Shown here piece after piece: positions 44,458-56,560 of a stretch of 64,000 nt of DNA (position 1 is its first letter; each line of letters starts with the position of its first letter). A model generated the notes under the pieces. That model was not told where the DNA came from. It searched no databases and saw only the letters and a list, made by a program, of their open reading frames with translations. A program made the position numbers and the translations under genes. Source of the DNA: Cyanidioschyzon merolae (lineage: Eukaryota); the NCBI GenBank assembly GCA_000091205.1, contig AP006490.2; one strand, given 5' to 3'.

Positions 44458-45402
44458 ATGAGCGAAAACCGTTTCAAAACTGCAAGCATACTAGGGACGA
44501 GTCGGAAGCTCAGTGCGCCGGACCTGCTTCGTGCACTCGAGACCAAACATACGCCAGCGTCAAGCGAATCCGCAAACCGGACTCTTTATGGACCAATGCC
44601 TCTTTCAAGAGCACTGCTTTCTAGGCAAAGGGCATCGTCGCGTCTCGCAACCGCGTCGATGACAATCTATGCCCATGCGGGCCAGTGTCGGCTGCCGAGG
44701 ATGCCGCTGGAGCTGTGGCAGCGAGCGTTTCGATTCTCTGAGTTTTTCGACTTTGTCAGCTTCTTTATGGGGGCTATGGAAAATCCGTGTCATGCGTGTT
44801 GGGTTCAACTGCGTGCGCTCTATCGAAATCTGTCCTCCGCTCGACTCACTGCGACGGAACGCTTTGTTTTGAACCTCGTTTGCCGGGTACACCCAAAGAT
44901 GCGGGCACTTGATGGGTCGGCGAACCGCAGGTCGCACCGCGTGAAAAGGAAGTGCCCCTCCAACATAGGCGACGAACCTGTGCCGTTTGGCCCCGACTGC
45001 AGTGCCATCGCTGTCGACGTCGCGATCGTGAATGCAGAGCGACTCGGTGTGCCACGACGTCTCATAGAGTCTGCTCTCGGAGATATCGCGTGGAGGCTCA
45101 ATTTCGTTCACTTTGGACAGATGGTTTCCAGGGTTTCTAATCTAGATATGCGAGCGAACATTCTTCGCTGCGTTTTTGCACGCCAAAGGGTCGGTCCGCG
45201 ATCTGCTGCCGCGAATGCCCTAGCAGCGCTCGAGACGGGCGCCGCTGACCGAAGCCTGGAGTTTCTGTGGCGCGTCGTACGCGACTGGGACACGGCGCGA
45301 CGGGCGGAATTTATCGCTGTTGTGCACGCAGCGCTCTCGGATCCGCAGCGTCTTTGCAGTCTGTTCTGCTCAAGAATAGATGGAGTGCCGGGTTTGATCT
45401 GA
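44458..45402 (+). CDS. Hypothetical protein (314-aa ORF, no recognisable domain)
   Basis: The longest ORF in the 43.5-46.5 kb gap. Its composition is similar to neighbouring genes. No motif was recognised. Confidence 0.2.
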   Translation: MSENRFKTASILGTSRKLSAPDLLRALETKHTPASSESANRTLYGPMPLSRALLSRQRASSRLATASMTIYAHAGQCRLPRMPLELWQRAFRFSEFFDFVSFFMGAMENPCHACWVQLRALYRNLSSARLTATERFVLNLVCRVHPKMRALDGSANRRSHRVKRKCPSNIGDEPVPFGPDCSAIAVDVAIVNAERLGVPRRLIESALGDIAWRLNFVHFGQMVSRVSNLDMRANILRCVFARQRVGPRSAAANALAALETGAADRSLEFLWRVVRDWDTARRAEFIAVVHAALSDPQRLCSLFCSRIDGVPGLI

Positions 45403-46561
45403 TGAGAATGGCGCTTCAAGCCGAGTTTTCTGATGCGCTCGAGGACGATGACCCTCGCATAAGTCACTGTCTACGCTATACTCGTGATGAGCAAGTCATT
45501 GTTTTGCGAAGGAACTGAAAGTGTACCACAGAGACGCACCAGTGTTCCCGCTTTCGGGATGGCAAGATTGGATCTGGGCGATGATTGGTTTTCGCGCATC
45601 CAGTGAGCAGAGTTACCTGCATTCACCTCTGTTCCTCCCTGGATCTCAATTGCATGCCATTACAACGTCCGATGTCCTCGAAAACCCGTTCAATCGTGGA
45701 ATGAGTAGTGCTACAATCACACCCGTACTGTGATCGTCGAGGTTCCTCGGACCCGAGATGCCGTCGCCGCGCCCGCCCGATGCGTGACGGTCTCGGCCTT
45801 GCTTTTCTCGATGATGATATCGTGATATGAGTTTTTTGTAAGGTTTGCAGTCTGAAAACGGGTACCCATGCGAAATCACAGGTGAAACTTCAATTTGGCG
45901 TCAATGGGCGGCGCATGCAACACCACGCATCCTCAACGTACAAAGCTTCCGTCGGCAGCTTCTAGCCACGGGAATGGACTCTATGCTGATTTTCCGCCAA
46001 AACTGCTACTCGCCCGCCGGCCTGGGCGTTAGGTGTGCCAAATCACGACCGTCAGAGCGATACCATAGAGATCGCGTAACTCCCGGAGACACAGTGAAGA
46101 TGTATTCATCGAAGGCTACCTCATGGGCTAACTACCAACCACAACGGAGCGGTATAACGCATTCTGGCGCGTACAGTTTCCTCCAAAGTGCACGGTTCTC
46201 CAGCATGTTTCAGTTGCGCGTTCTTAACGAGCACATCCACTGGAAGCGAACCCGTCACCCAGGTATCCGCAGCGTTCAGCTGGCGGACACGCTCGCCGAC
46301 GGTTTGTGACTATAATGGACATTGATGCCCATTTGCATGGATGCGACGCCATGAGCACCTCCGCCGAAGCGCACACCATCGTCAATTGTAGATGTTGGCA
46401 GACGTGTTCTCGCCCCTGCTTCGAAAAGGCATCGTGCCTCGTCGACTGTCGCCACGGGCTCTAGTGTGTTCCCGTCGACGCAATAGCTAGACCCGAAAGG
46501 GCCTCAATGCAGTCCTTGGAATGAGAGTTTGCTCATAACATGCTTGGGTAAACGCTTGTTC

Positions 46562-47317
46562 ATGCCTTTTTCTCACAACTATGGGGGTTTGCTTCGCCCG
46601 AAAACGCGCGTGGTAGCGCTGGCTGACTTCTGGCGTTGTACAGCGCTTGTCGTCCTAAACTCTCCAGATAGATCACTGTCCAACGAACAGGTGCACGGTT
46701 TGGCGTCAGCCTGCGGTTTCGTCGTTGCAGCCGACGGTGGAGCGAACTGGCTGCGCGGAACCAACGTCAGACCCAATGTTCTCGTGGGCGATTTGGACTC
46801 TGTAGAGGACGAAACTAGGAGTTTTTATGAGAAATCTTCAGTTTTATGTCAGAGTGATCCAGATGAGAGTCGAAACGACTTCCAAAAAGCGCTGACTTGT
46901 CTACCGGACGCGTTCCAACGAGCGGTTGTCATCGGCGGTGATGGCGGTCGCTTCGATCACCTGCTGGCAAATATTCATGCCATGTATGCAGACGCTATGC
47001 ATCATCAACACCGAGATGTTGTTCTGCTTTCGAGTAAAAGCATGGCGTTTGTGCTGCGGCCCGGTGGCCATACCATCCACATCGATGAATGTGTAGAAGG
47101 TCCCTCATGCGGCATGTTCCCCATGGGCGGGCCCTGCAATGTCCGCACGCGAAACTTGCAATGGGATGTCAATAGCGAAGGGTGGAATGGTCGTCCTTTA
47201 GAGTTTGGCTCATTCATAAGTTCGTCGAATCGCATTCTCGGAAACTCGGTATTGATTTGGACGGACGCGTTCCTGCTGTGGACCCATGAGGTGCGCTGGC
47301 CGTCGCCAGGTGGATAG
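46562..47317 (+). CDS. TPK1: Thiamine pyrophosphokinase
   Basis: FVVAADGGANWL, VLVGDLDSV, DESRNDFQKAL (the DxD(T)DF box), VIGGDGGRFDHLLANI and the C-terminal thiamine-binding region (SSSNRILGNSVLIWTD) are present. The track ORF starts at TTG 46529; the first ATG is at 46562. Confidence 0.8.
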   Translation: MPFSHNYGGLLRPKTRVVALADFWRCTALVVLNSPDRSLSNEQVHGLASACGFVVAADGGANWLRGTNVRPNVLVGDLDSVEDETRSFYEKSSVLCQSDPDESRNDFQKALTCLPDAFQRAVVIGGDGGRFDHLLANIHAMYADAMHHQHRDVVLLSSKSMAFVLRPGGHTIHIDECVEGPSCGMFPMGGPCNVRTRNLQWDVNSEGWNGRPLEFGSFISSSNRILGNSVLIWTDAFLLWTHEVRWPSPGG

Positions 47318-48463
47318 CGGCTGGCCTGCAGTCAAGCCCCATGCGGTGCGTCGCCACTCGTCCTGAGTACGACAACTAGGACCCAGTGAAAGTGCGTTCC
47401 GAGGCAATGCTGTGGATACGTGATCTCCGATAATGCCGAATGGGACTTGTGAGCCTCGTCTTTGGTGTGCCAAAGAACGCCCAATTTTTCGAGATAACGC
47501 TTCCTTTGTTTGGTCTTGGATAAAATCGAGTAGGATGTATGGGCCTCGTCTCTGGTGTCTCAAAGGTCGCCGCACATAAGCATCCATTGGCAGAGAACGC
47601 GCTCGAAAGCCCGGCCAATACCGGGAGCCAGCCTAGAGTGTTCAGCACAGTGGCACCGTGGATTTTATATTTCCGCAACCGAGACATTCGACGTTTGTTT
47701 CCGGAAATAGATTCATCGCCATAGTCCCCTTACTAGTCATTGCAGTGAGAAAAGCTTCAAAGGAGATTACATCGGTCAACTGGAATAGAAATCAAGATCT
47801 CAATTAGATACGAGTCCAGAGAGATTTCCTCGACAAGCCCTCTGCGATATGGCAATCCTGAAGTTGAGGCGCCGCGAACCATTTCTGCGCACGCTTGCGT
47901 ATTCATTCCATACAGGCCAGTCATCGCGTACGTCAGTGGAAAGACCTATCCTCAGGCTCAAGCAGGGCGCCGCTCAGACGCACGCTCTCGTACAGGGAAC
48001 CATCTCGTTTTACCTACGCAGTGTGCACTGACGTTATCACCGGAAATGATATCGTATTTGAAGACCGGCATGAGCACACATAATGACCAAGTGACGATTT
48101 TCCTCAGGCCGCCGGCAGGTGCGTGTCTATGTAGCGGAAACTACAACATGTTGCAGCCGCCTCTGCTCATTACGGGACGCCATGATGCGCTCTGAGTTCC
48201 CCCAACACATCCCTGGCACGGCGCTTGTCTTGGGAGTACTCTCCGACCAAGGCATCTCACGCAAGCTTCCACATCCATGTACGGGATGCTAGAGGGAGGA
48301 CACATAGTGTGGTTGTGAAAGAAAGCAACCACCGCTCCACCACTAGAACCGGGGGATAGCTCCAACTGCGCTCGAATCTCAGCTCACTTGCAAAATCTTC
48401 AGCGTATAGTGTAGTCTGATCTGCCACGTTCGTCGCCGTGCTTCGAAACAGACTGTCACTTCA

Positions 48464-48964
48464 TCAATCGCTCGTAAGCTCGTTGACGCTCCAGTCCTCG
48501 TACGCGCCGTTCGGCAAGTGTCGTCGAATCTTCAACGGTATCTTCTTTGCACGAAGTTCTTTCTCCGCTATCAGCAGTGGATCGCTTTCACCCTCGAGGT
48601 CAACCAGCACGGGGGCTCCCAAACTGATCTGCAGAGCACGCGCGCCAAGCACGCGTGCGCGTTCGTACTTGGTCAGGAAAGGAGTCGTCACTCTATTCTT
48701 TAGGTCCGACTGGTCTTTGCTCCAGTGGCTTGATTCTCGAGCAACCTTCTCATTGTCCCCAGCGTATATCGTTGGCTTTTGCTCCTGCTCCCCGTCAGGG
48801 AGTACTTCGGCATCGATCTCTGTTTCAGGAACGGACTCTTTCAGCTCCTCTGACTCTTCCTGAAGTTCCTCACCCTCATAGTCATCGCCATAGTCATAGG
48901 GCAACTCGGGTTCAGCTTCCTCGTCTTCGATATAGTCATCTACGTCTTCCTCATCGGCTGCCAT
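48464..48964 (-). CDS. RPB6: DNA-directed RNA polymerases I/II/III common subunit RPB6 (RPABC2)
   Basis: An acidic N-terminus is followed by [71 protein letters not shown], which is near-identical in pattern to RPB6 ([17 protein letters not shown]...IPIIIRRYLPDGSYEDW). The ATG at 48962-48964 (MAADEED) gives 166 aa. Confidence 0.9.
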   Translation of the reverse strand: MAADEEDVDDYIEDEEAEPELPYDYGDDYEGEELQEESEELKESVPETEIDAEVLPDGEQEQKPTIYAGDNEKVARESSHWSKDQSDLKNRVTTPFLTKYERARVLGARALQISLGAPVLVDLEGESDPLLIAEKELRAKKIPLKIRRHLPNGAYEDWSVNELTSD

Positions 48965-51378
48965 TTGCAGTTGTGCAGTGACGTGCCGCAGCAGAAACCT
49001 GTACGCTCGATGAGACGCAAACGTTTGTCTGTGGAAGCTGGTCGGCACGCTGCGACGTCCGCGCTGGCGATGCGCCCCGTGCTGTGGATGGCGCCCGCTG
49101 CTGCGCACTCAGCGACTTCGCATCTTCCACCACCGAGCGTCGCCAGTGTTGCCTAACGAACGTTTAATGACGAAAATTTCCCGCAAAATGTGGATAGCTA
49201 GCAGCCTTGTGTCCGGAACTCCGATGAAGAGCTTCCTGACGCGGAGCTTCCAAGCGAATGAGGCCCGGTGAGCCTTCCCCGAATAAGAAGCTTTAAGATC
49301 CCAAATGACGCCCTGTATATTTCCGTTTCACAGATGTGAACAACTCGTGTCATGATCCTTGAGCGTAAAAACCGATTTTGACAGCAGGAAAGAAGCCTAG
49401 GACATGCCTGAGCCAAAGAGAATAGGCTGTACCGAAGAGCGACTATACGCGATCCCCAACTGCACACTCCGTGACGGATTTCGAGGGACAGACAGCATCG
49501 GTATCTAAATGCACGACAGAGGATTACGGGAAGGAAAAGCCACAGCGAGTGCCTCGACTGAGGATGCGGGATTGAACAGTTCTGTTCGTGTACCGGCGTG
49601 TAGGCATCTACGCGATTGAATCGCTGCCCGGGCTGATATTGTCGTCATTCTCACTTGTCGCTTTTTTACATGCAGCGATTCGCGGTGCCTTCAGTACCCA
49701 TATTCAGTTCTACCATATTTCCCGAATGATGTCTCATCGACTGAGACGAGCATCTGTCCTTTCTATTATCAGCGGTCGCGTCTCATTGCGAAATCGAAAG
49801 TGCGCAATTCGATGCGAAACGGTAGTCGATAGAAGTGTGCTCTTTCTTCGTCCATCTGCGTCCCTTCATTTCGGCTCGTATCAACATTGCGGAAGCTTCA
49901 CATTCAGTAGCTCCTTTGATAGTATTTCTTATGAAAGATATGAAGTGGAACGGATCGAAGAAGATACAATCAAGTAAGTAGAGCTTGATACGTTGGTTTT
50001 TGAGTGCACGACGATCAGAATAGGTACAGCGAGAAGGATCATGTACAGTGTTGCTGCAGTAGAAATACTGATTTGTTCAAGAATCATCGTTTTCCCGAGC
50101 TCGCAATGTAAGCATACAACCTTTCAGCAACAATTCTCCAATCTACAGGACAGATTCCTTGTATTCAATATCAGCGAGAGATAGAAACACAAACAAAAAG
50201 GGAACGCAGGTCCACGTACTCCTGAATTCTCTGCTCTATTTAGCAACCGTCGGCCTCTTTAAAATAAGTTGCACTGCTTCCTCGAACCGCAAAAGCAAAT
50301 CAACGACTCAGCCGGTTCTCCCGGTAGTTTCGACCACGGCTTCAAACACGAGGAAATTTTGCCTCAAAGCGGCTGCTCCAGCCGCACCGCAAGAGGCGCA
50401 CCCCACGGAGCTTGCAACCCTTTTGGACGTAGCTTACAATCAGTTGGCTCGGACTTCCTTTCGGTGCAGCTATTCCCATTCTAACCATGGCTCGAGGCCG
50501 CATCCGCTCTTGTATTCTCTAACTGCACTTGAGTTCCACCCTCAGATGCGTATCATCAAATGCTTTTTCGCAGTTTATGGCGGATGCATTCGAAGTGCGT
50601 TCATTTTCAAACATAAAAAATCCAAGGGAAATCTATGGACATCGAAGGCGGGGATCCTCAAGGGCCGTCATTGCCGAGTCCCAGAAGAAAAAACGAAAAA
50701 ACGTCTTATCGCCTACCATCGAGTAAAAAAAGCAAGCGACGACGGCGAAGAAGAAGATGGGAAATAGATGAGAAAGGGTGCTCGCCCGACAGAACGATGA
50801 AGAGACTGTGGTAGCACTGAACCCACCACTTCGAGCAGTCCGTGTAACGGTGAGTCCAACCAGCAGTGCCGCACGGAGGAAGCTCGTGAACCGGGACATT
50901 AACGCTGCCACCAGTACCAGGACATGTGCGGTGCTGAAGACGAGACAACAGGAGCAGATGCGATCCAACTTTTTGGGGCCAGACTCATAGGGTCGACGTG
51001 TGCGCGAGGAAAAACTGAAACCAAAAGCAGGCGGCTCGTACAACTGCCTGGGAGGCGTCTGCGCTTGAGTAGATCTATATTGACCCTCCGTGGTGGTGAA
51101 ACGTTTTCGTTATGCTGACAAATATAGGTAAGTTTCGTTGAGTGGAGGATCAAACGCGCAATCTACGCAGATCAACGGGGCATGCGTCGCACTTCCACAC
51201 GGGCGTCACCGGAATGCGCGCCATTGCGGTCGGAGAACTCCACGTTCCGCGTGCAAAGGCGGACGCGTTCGCTGCGCTCCTGAGTGCTCAAGTTCCGCAA
51301 CTGGTTTAGGAGCCCTTTCGACGTCACGCAGGCTCTGTATTGGAAAGAGCTACTTCTAGGGCTGTCCAAGAACTTCCC

Positions 51379-54198
51379 ATGGATGTACGTGAAGCGGTTG
51401 ATCTGCTGACGCCGTTTCGCGTACTACACCTCGTTGCAGCTGCGCTTTGTGCACAGGTGCCATGTAACCCACAGATTGACGGAGCAACTGGAACTAACGC
51501 AGCGGTGCAAGAGCGACGCGCCCTCACCTGCTTACACTTGCTCCATGTCGCTCGTGCTGGCCCAGCGGAGAATTTTGACTGGCGACTGAGCAGTCCTGAC
51601 ACATACTTTCCAGCACGCTCTGTACTAGACAGGTTGCCGTCGGCTGAGAGGGAAGAACTCCAACACTTTGCAGACCGCTGGGTAGAGCTTACTCGGCACG
51701 TTTTGAGCGAGTCTGTTGACGTTCTCTACGACGCCTTTGAGGTGCTCTTGGGTGACTTGTTCGTGAGTGTGCCGCTCTCACTCGGTGATGTCGTGCTCGG
51801 TTCGCTGCAGGTTGACGAGAGCTTTCAGTCACATGAGCAATCAGATACATTTGAGCGCGGTATATGCACTGATAGAGTGCTCCAGCGAAGTGCTTTCGCC
51901 GGGGGAAGCGCACTAGGCACTTTTGTACGTCGTTGTCGCGTTGCTTTTGAATCGCTTCCATTTGAGGCCGTCGCTCAACTGCATCGGGAAGTGACGCTTG
52001 ACCATACGAAGGCACCAAGCACTCATTATGCAAACGTGGTACATACCTCCTTCGACTTTAGTGCAGTTCGACGCGCGGCGCATCGTGCAGTGCGTGCGAT
52101 TGTTATTGCTGGTGGCCCGCCGCATCCGCGGGACCGAGCGCTTCTGAAGGCATCCACTGACCCAGCGGCTGAGCTCTTCCGCTGGGTTGACGCCGTATGG
52201 AGGCGGAACCTGAACGAGGCGAATTTCGCCCTCCGGCGTTACAACGATCTGGCAATAGCCCGATGCAATAGAGGTATGTTCGATAGCGGCCCTCAGGAGG
52301 CCGCTGTTGCGGTTGCGGGCATGCTGGTACTGATGGGACACCCGGTGCAGGCGAGAATTGCACTAGAAGAGAGCATTCGCGTTGCGCAGCAGACCGGTGA
52401 TCATGTAACGCTCTCGAGAGCCTTGACGTGGATAAGTCGCCTCACGGAAAATGAGCGCAAGCGGCTGCGATACCTCAAAGACTGCTGGACGCGTTCTCCA
52501 AAACTCAGCCAAGAGAGCGTATTAGCTCGCTTGGCAGCTGCGCACACGCTTCTGAATATGAATTTTCCCCTCGGAAATCATACAGCTACCAAGTTTCGGA
52601 AATGGCGACGAATTCTTCGGCACATGGAGTGCGCATACGCTGCGAGCGTGAACTCTCCAGAGGACACACATCTGGTGCTCGCATCGATGCACACATTGGC
52701 AGTCCTGTCTGGACAGCCGCTTGTCCTTCGAGAGTCGCTTACGGAGATGCGGCTCCGGTCGCTGCTCCCAAATATCAGGGAATTTACAGAAGATGGAGAT
52801 CACCGCACTCACGATGAAACTACCTCGAGTCTCTCGTCTGTAGATCATGATTCGTGCGAATCGAACGCAAAGAAAGCTGGCGCCGGCGCAAACTTTGGAG
52901 AGCATGAACGCTCGAGGCATCCTCTTGGAGAGCTCCCCGTGCAGTTACATCAATCCGCCTCGATTGATGATGGACCGGAAGATGCTGCTCATGTCGATGC
53001 GAATTTTCTACTGACCTCGAAGGAGCTTGGATTAGCCCCTACCGAGCATCTCGCGAGAGCTTTGTGCGCTGCAAGCGCCGAAACGCTCATGAGGCATGGC
53101 ATTTTGCGAGCTTCCTGGACAGCTGCTTTGCCGCTTCGGAACGCTTGCGCTCTTGTACGAGCGGCTGACGATGAGCCCGAATCGTCGCCCGTTTTGCGCA
53201 TTTTGCACCAGTGCCTCGCTCGGATCGCGTTCGAGTATGCGGTCGCCCGAGAGGAATGGCAGATCGCTGCCGCCTGCCTAGAGCGTCTAACATCATTCGC
53301 ACCTCCTATCGTGCAAGAGAAGTATCCAGATTTGGCCGGAAACTCCGCATCGACGGCTACCTTGAACGCCATATTAGATGTGCTCGACTGTCATGCGCGA
53401 TTCTGGCTCTGTCGTGCACAAGTCTCTGAAGCATTATATTTCGCGGAGGAATTCGCTCAAACCGCTAACAAATATGCAGCCCTTGGTTGCCGCTCGCGTC
53501 TCGTTGACGCTTTGCTTCTGCAAGTTGAGTGCTATCTGAGCGCCGAGATGAATGCGCGGGCGCTGGCGGCGTCGCTGGCAAGCATATCTCTCGCTGAATC
53601 CATTGGCGACGAGCCGCGGCGTTTTCGTGGTATTCTGTCCCTTGCACAGGTCCGATTAGCAATGCAAGCCGTGGACTCCGCATCTCGGTTGCTTGAGTCG
53701 GCAGACTCTATGCTTCTGGATCAGAAAGATTCTGCGTCCCTCGGTAGTGCAGCTCTCTGGAAGTCTTTGGTCAGTGAAGAGAGCTGTTTGTCACATTCAG
53801 ATAGGGCTCGAGTCTGGATGATGTTGGGCGGAATCGCGCTTGTCAAGATGCAGTCGCAGCAATCCGTTAACACCGGAGAGGCAACCAGCTGCTTCGAGAT
53901 GGCGTTCAGGACAGCGGACTTGGTCGCCCTTCAACGCGAGGCGTTGTTCGCGCTCCTGCATACCCGCGGTGCCAAGACGGATATCGCGGCCATGACAAAC
54001 TTCGAATTTAAGATGCAGTGCGTACGTCGACAGCAGAGCAGCTGGGCGGAAGCTCTGCAAGTTTCCGGCTCCACCGAATGGGAGCAAAATGTATGTTGCT
54101 ACCTCCAGCATACCCGAACAGAATTTCATGAATCCAGGAATTCAGAGAGCGATCTTTACATGGAAGTCGCGGCGGCAAACCGGAAAAGCGAGTGTTGA
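51379..54198 (+). CDS. Anaphase-promoting complex subunit 5-like TPR protein
   Basis: The segment ARIALEESIRVAQQTGDHVTLSRALTWISRL resembles the conserved APC5 motif (EAIRIAQESNDHVCLQHCLSWL). The protein is about 940 aa and helical-repeat rich. The track start at 51340 is TTG; the first ATG is at 51379. Confidence 0.55.
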   Translation: MDVREAVDLLTPFRVLHLVAAALCAQVPCNPQIDGATGTNAAVQERRALTCLHLLHVARAGPAENFDWRLSSPDTYFPARSVLDRLPSAEREELQHFADRWVELTRHVLSESVDVLYDAFEVLLGDLFVSVPLSLGDVVLGSLQVDESFQSHEQSDTFERGICTDRVLQRSAFAGGSALGTFVRRCRVAFESLPFEAVAQLHREVTLDHTKAPSTHYANVVHTSFDFSAVRRAAHRAVRAIVIAGGPPHPRDRALLKASTDPAAELFRWVDAVWRRNLNEANFALRRYNDLAIARCNRGMFDSGPQEAAVAVAGMLVLMGHPVQARIALEESIRVAQQTGDHVTLSRALTWISRLTENERKRLRYLKDCWTRSPKLSQESVLARLAAAHTLLNMNFPLGNHTATKFRKWRRILRHMECAYAASVNSPEDTHLVLASMHTLAVLSGQPLVLRESLTEMRLRSLLPNIREFTEDGDHRTHDETTSSLSSVDHDSCESNAKKAGAGANFGEHERSRHPLGELPVQLHQSASIDDGPEDAAHVDANFLLTSKELGLAPTEHLARALCAASAETLMRHGILRASWTAALPLRNACALVRAADDEPESSPVLRILHQCLARIAFEYAVAREEWQIAAACLERLTSFAPPIVQEKYPDLAGNSASTATLNAILDVLDCHARFWLCRAQVSEALYFAEEFAQTANKYAALGCRSRLVDALLLQVECYLSAEMNARALAASLASISLAESIGDEPRRFRGILSLAQVRLAMQAVDSASRLLESADSMLLDQKDSASLGSAALWKSLVSEESCLSHSDRARVWMMLGGIALVKMQSQQSVNTGEATSCFEMAFRTADLVALQREALFALLHTRGAKTDIAAMTNFEFKMQCVRRQQSSWAEALQVSGSTEWEQNVCCYLQHTRTEFHESRNSESDLYMEVAAANRKSEC

Positions 54199-55186
54199 AG
54201 CGTACGGAGCGTTCCTCACGTTCCTATGAAGGCCGGCTTGCTGTGGCCTGACAACAGGACTTTGAACCTATTTCCAGTGGGTTCCAACAAGGGCTCTGCA
54301 TCCTTCGCCTTCTGTTTCTGTAGCTTCCATGTACAAGTAGCCGGAAATTTCGTATTTCTGCAACTAATCATCGGCAAAAATGTGCCTGTTGCAGAAGTAA
54401 ACACACGGATGATCGAGAAGACAACTTGTATACATGCCATACATCCACGACTTGAAAGTGAAAGGGTGCGCGATACGTCAATCGGCACGCGCCCTTGACG
54501 CGAATCTCATTCCTGGACAAGCGCAGAGTACAATCCGTTTCGCCGAAATTTTTAGCGGCGACGGCGACGACGGCGGCAGCAGAAACCCCTGTAGCAATAC
54601 TCGTTTGCGGATAGCCGCACAAGTTGAGTCATGACAAACTTTCCCTCGCGCCCACGAAGAAAAACTCTAAGCGGGAGGCCATCTTAGGATAACAATTGCT
54701 ACACGCTCAAACATGCGCACTCTAGTCGTGATCAGAAGCTGCATCCCGCAGCCAATGCCAATTAACGGCCGCATTTTAAGCTGATATCCGCGCTGCAGCC
54801 AATCCAAGCACAGCGCTCGAAAAGTAGAACGCGCTCTGCGTCCACGTGGCGCTACACAGAACAGGAGTGGCATGCATGAGACATTTCAGACAAAGACATC
54901 CCTGAGTGCTTCGAGGGCGAGCGCTCTGGACGCGCGTCGAGCCGTACACGCTGCATCGCCAGCCTCGTCACATGAGAAACACTGTATAGCCTGGGCAATC
55001 CACAAGTGATGCCCCTGCGTGAACCCTTAAGGCATGCTGCGGTAAACCGACATTCAGCCGCGCGGTTGCCGCCGTTGAGGCTATTGCGGCATGCCACAGC
55101 GATATTGTCAGCTACGATATCCCCGCACGCGTCGTGGCACCGTGAGAATGTGCGATTCCTTATGTGAGACGCATTCACCGCGGATT

Positions 55187-56560
55187 TCAGTGCGAACGGT
55201 ATCCCCAAGCAGCGGCGTGGAAATGGCCCATCGTTGCTCGATCGACTCGGAAACCTGGTGGCAACTGCACTCTGACGGGTTCAAAAGCCATGCGCGGCGC
55301 TCCGGCCCCAATGCCAAGTAAGCCGTATTCGCCGCTACCCGTGACGTATATCTCGTTATCGCTCACTAGAAAAAGTGTGTTCTCGTGGCCACAGGCAATG
55401 CCAGTCACTCTGCGAGAGGCAAGTGGTGAATTCCTAGTGTTGAGAATTTGCGGAGTCGGCGTCATTGTGATACTCTCGCCCAAGCCAAGCTGACCACTCA
55501 TACCATGACCCCAGCAGATCACTTCACCTTGATCACTCAAAGCGACCGAGTGACGCTCCCCGCAGGCAATCTGAGCAATGCGGCGGCCGGCGAGCGCGCC
55601 GCCTGTTAGGAGCCGAGGCTCGGAGAAAACACACTGCTTACTCGTGGGATTCTCTGCTGTTTCCTGATCGCAGGACATGGTGATGCCAAGTTGGCCGTAT
55701 TCATTGCTTCCGAATCCATAAATGCGACCGTCATCAGTCAGGACGAGCGTGTGTCGGTCACCGCTGGCCACTTTGATGATTCGAAGATTAGGCAAAGCGT
55801 TCCCATGTTCGTCCCGAAAAGTGACTGCCAAGAGCGATGGTTCGTCGTTGCAGCTTCCGTGACCCAGCTGGCCATAGGCACCCCATCCGCAAGTATACAC
55901 CACGCCGATAGCGCTTAAAGCGACGGAGTGATGGTACCCGCACTCAACAGCGACGATCTGGCATTCACTGGGGATTGCTAGCGAGCGACGAACATTGCCT
56001 GGTTGGCCCGGGACTTTCTCCTGGACGGTACTCACGGGCCACGGTAGGAACGACCTCAGCTCTGTTCCTGTACCGAGGCGGCCATTCTTCCCGCCTCCCC
56101 AGGAGAAAAGCCTCCCGTCGCTCGAGACTGCGAAAGTGTGATAGCGTCCACAAGCCACGGCCTCTATGGGCGGCAGGGCTACGGCAGAGCTGCGACCCAC
56201 GTTTGTGATCGCTTCTGGACCTAGTACGCCTCGTACGCGAGTTGGTAAGGAAACCCTACGTATTCTTTGCCCAAGACCTAGTTGTCCGTACAATCCGTGA
56301 CCTACTGTGTACAAGGCGCCGTTCCGCAACAGAATTGCAGTGTGACTGCCTCCACAAGCGACCTGCAGAACGTGGTTGGGCGTCCTTCGATCACTTACCA
56401 GTCGATCTAATACAATTTTTGGAAGTTCGCTCGGCTGGAATATGTCACCTTCGGCGTATGGAATGCCCAGTCGATGGTTCTTCGCTCTTCCCCACACAAC
56501 GAGGGCTGGTTGCAGCTCCGAACCTTCCTCAGTGCCTCTCTCCAAACCTTCTCTCCTCAT
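55187..56560 (-). CDS. RCC1-repeat (regulator of chromosome condensation-like) beta-propeller protein
   Basis: There are seven repeats of the form ACG..H[ST]..L..G.[LV]Y..G.G.YGQLG.G, e.g. ACGGSHTAILLRNGALYTVGHGLYGQLGLG and ACGERHSVALSDQGEVICWGHGMSGQLGLG. Confidence 0.75.
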   Translation of the reverse strand: MRREGLERGTEEGSELQPALVVWGRAKNHRLGIPYAEGDIFQPSELPKIVLDRLVSDRRTPNHVLQVACGGSHTAILLRNGALYTVGHGLYGQLGLGQRIRRVSLPTRVRGVLGPEAITNVGRSSAVALPPIEAVACGRYHTFAVSSDGRLFSWGGGKNGRLGTGTELRSFLPWPVSTVQEKVPGQPGNVRRSLAIPSECQIVAVECGYHHSVALSAIGVVYTCGWGAYGQLGHGSCNDEPSLLAVTFRDEHGNALPNLRIIKVASGDRHTLVLTDDGRIYGFGSNEYGQLGITMSCDQETAENPTSKQCVFSEPRLLTGGALAGRRIAQIACGERHSVALSDQGEVICWGHGMSGQLGLGESITMTPTPQILNTRNSPLASRRVTGIACGHENTLFLVSDNEIYVTGSGEYGLLGIGAGAPRMAFEPVRVQLPPGFRVDRATMGHFHAAAWGYRSH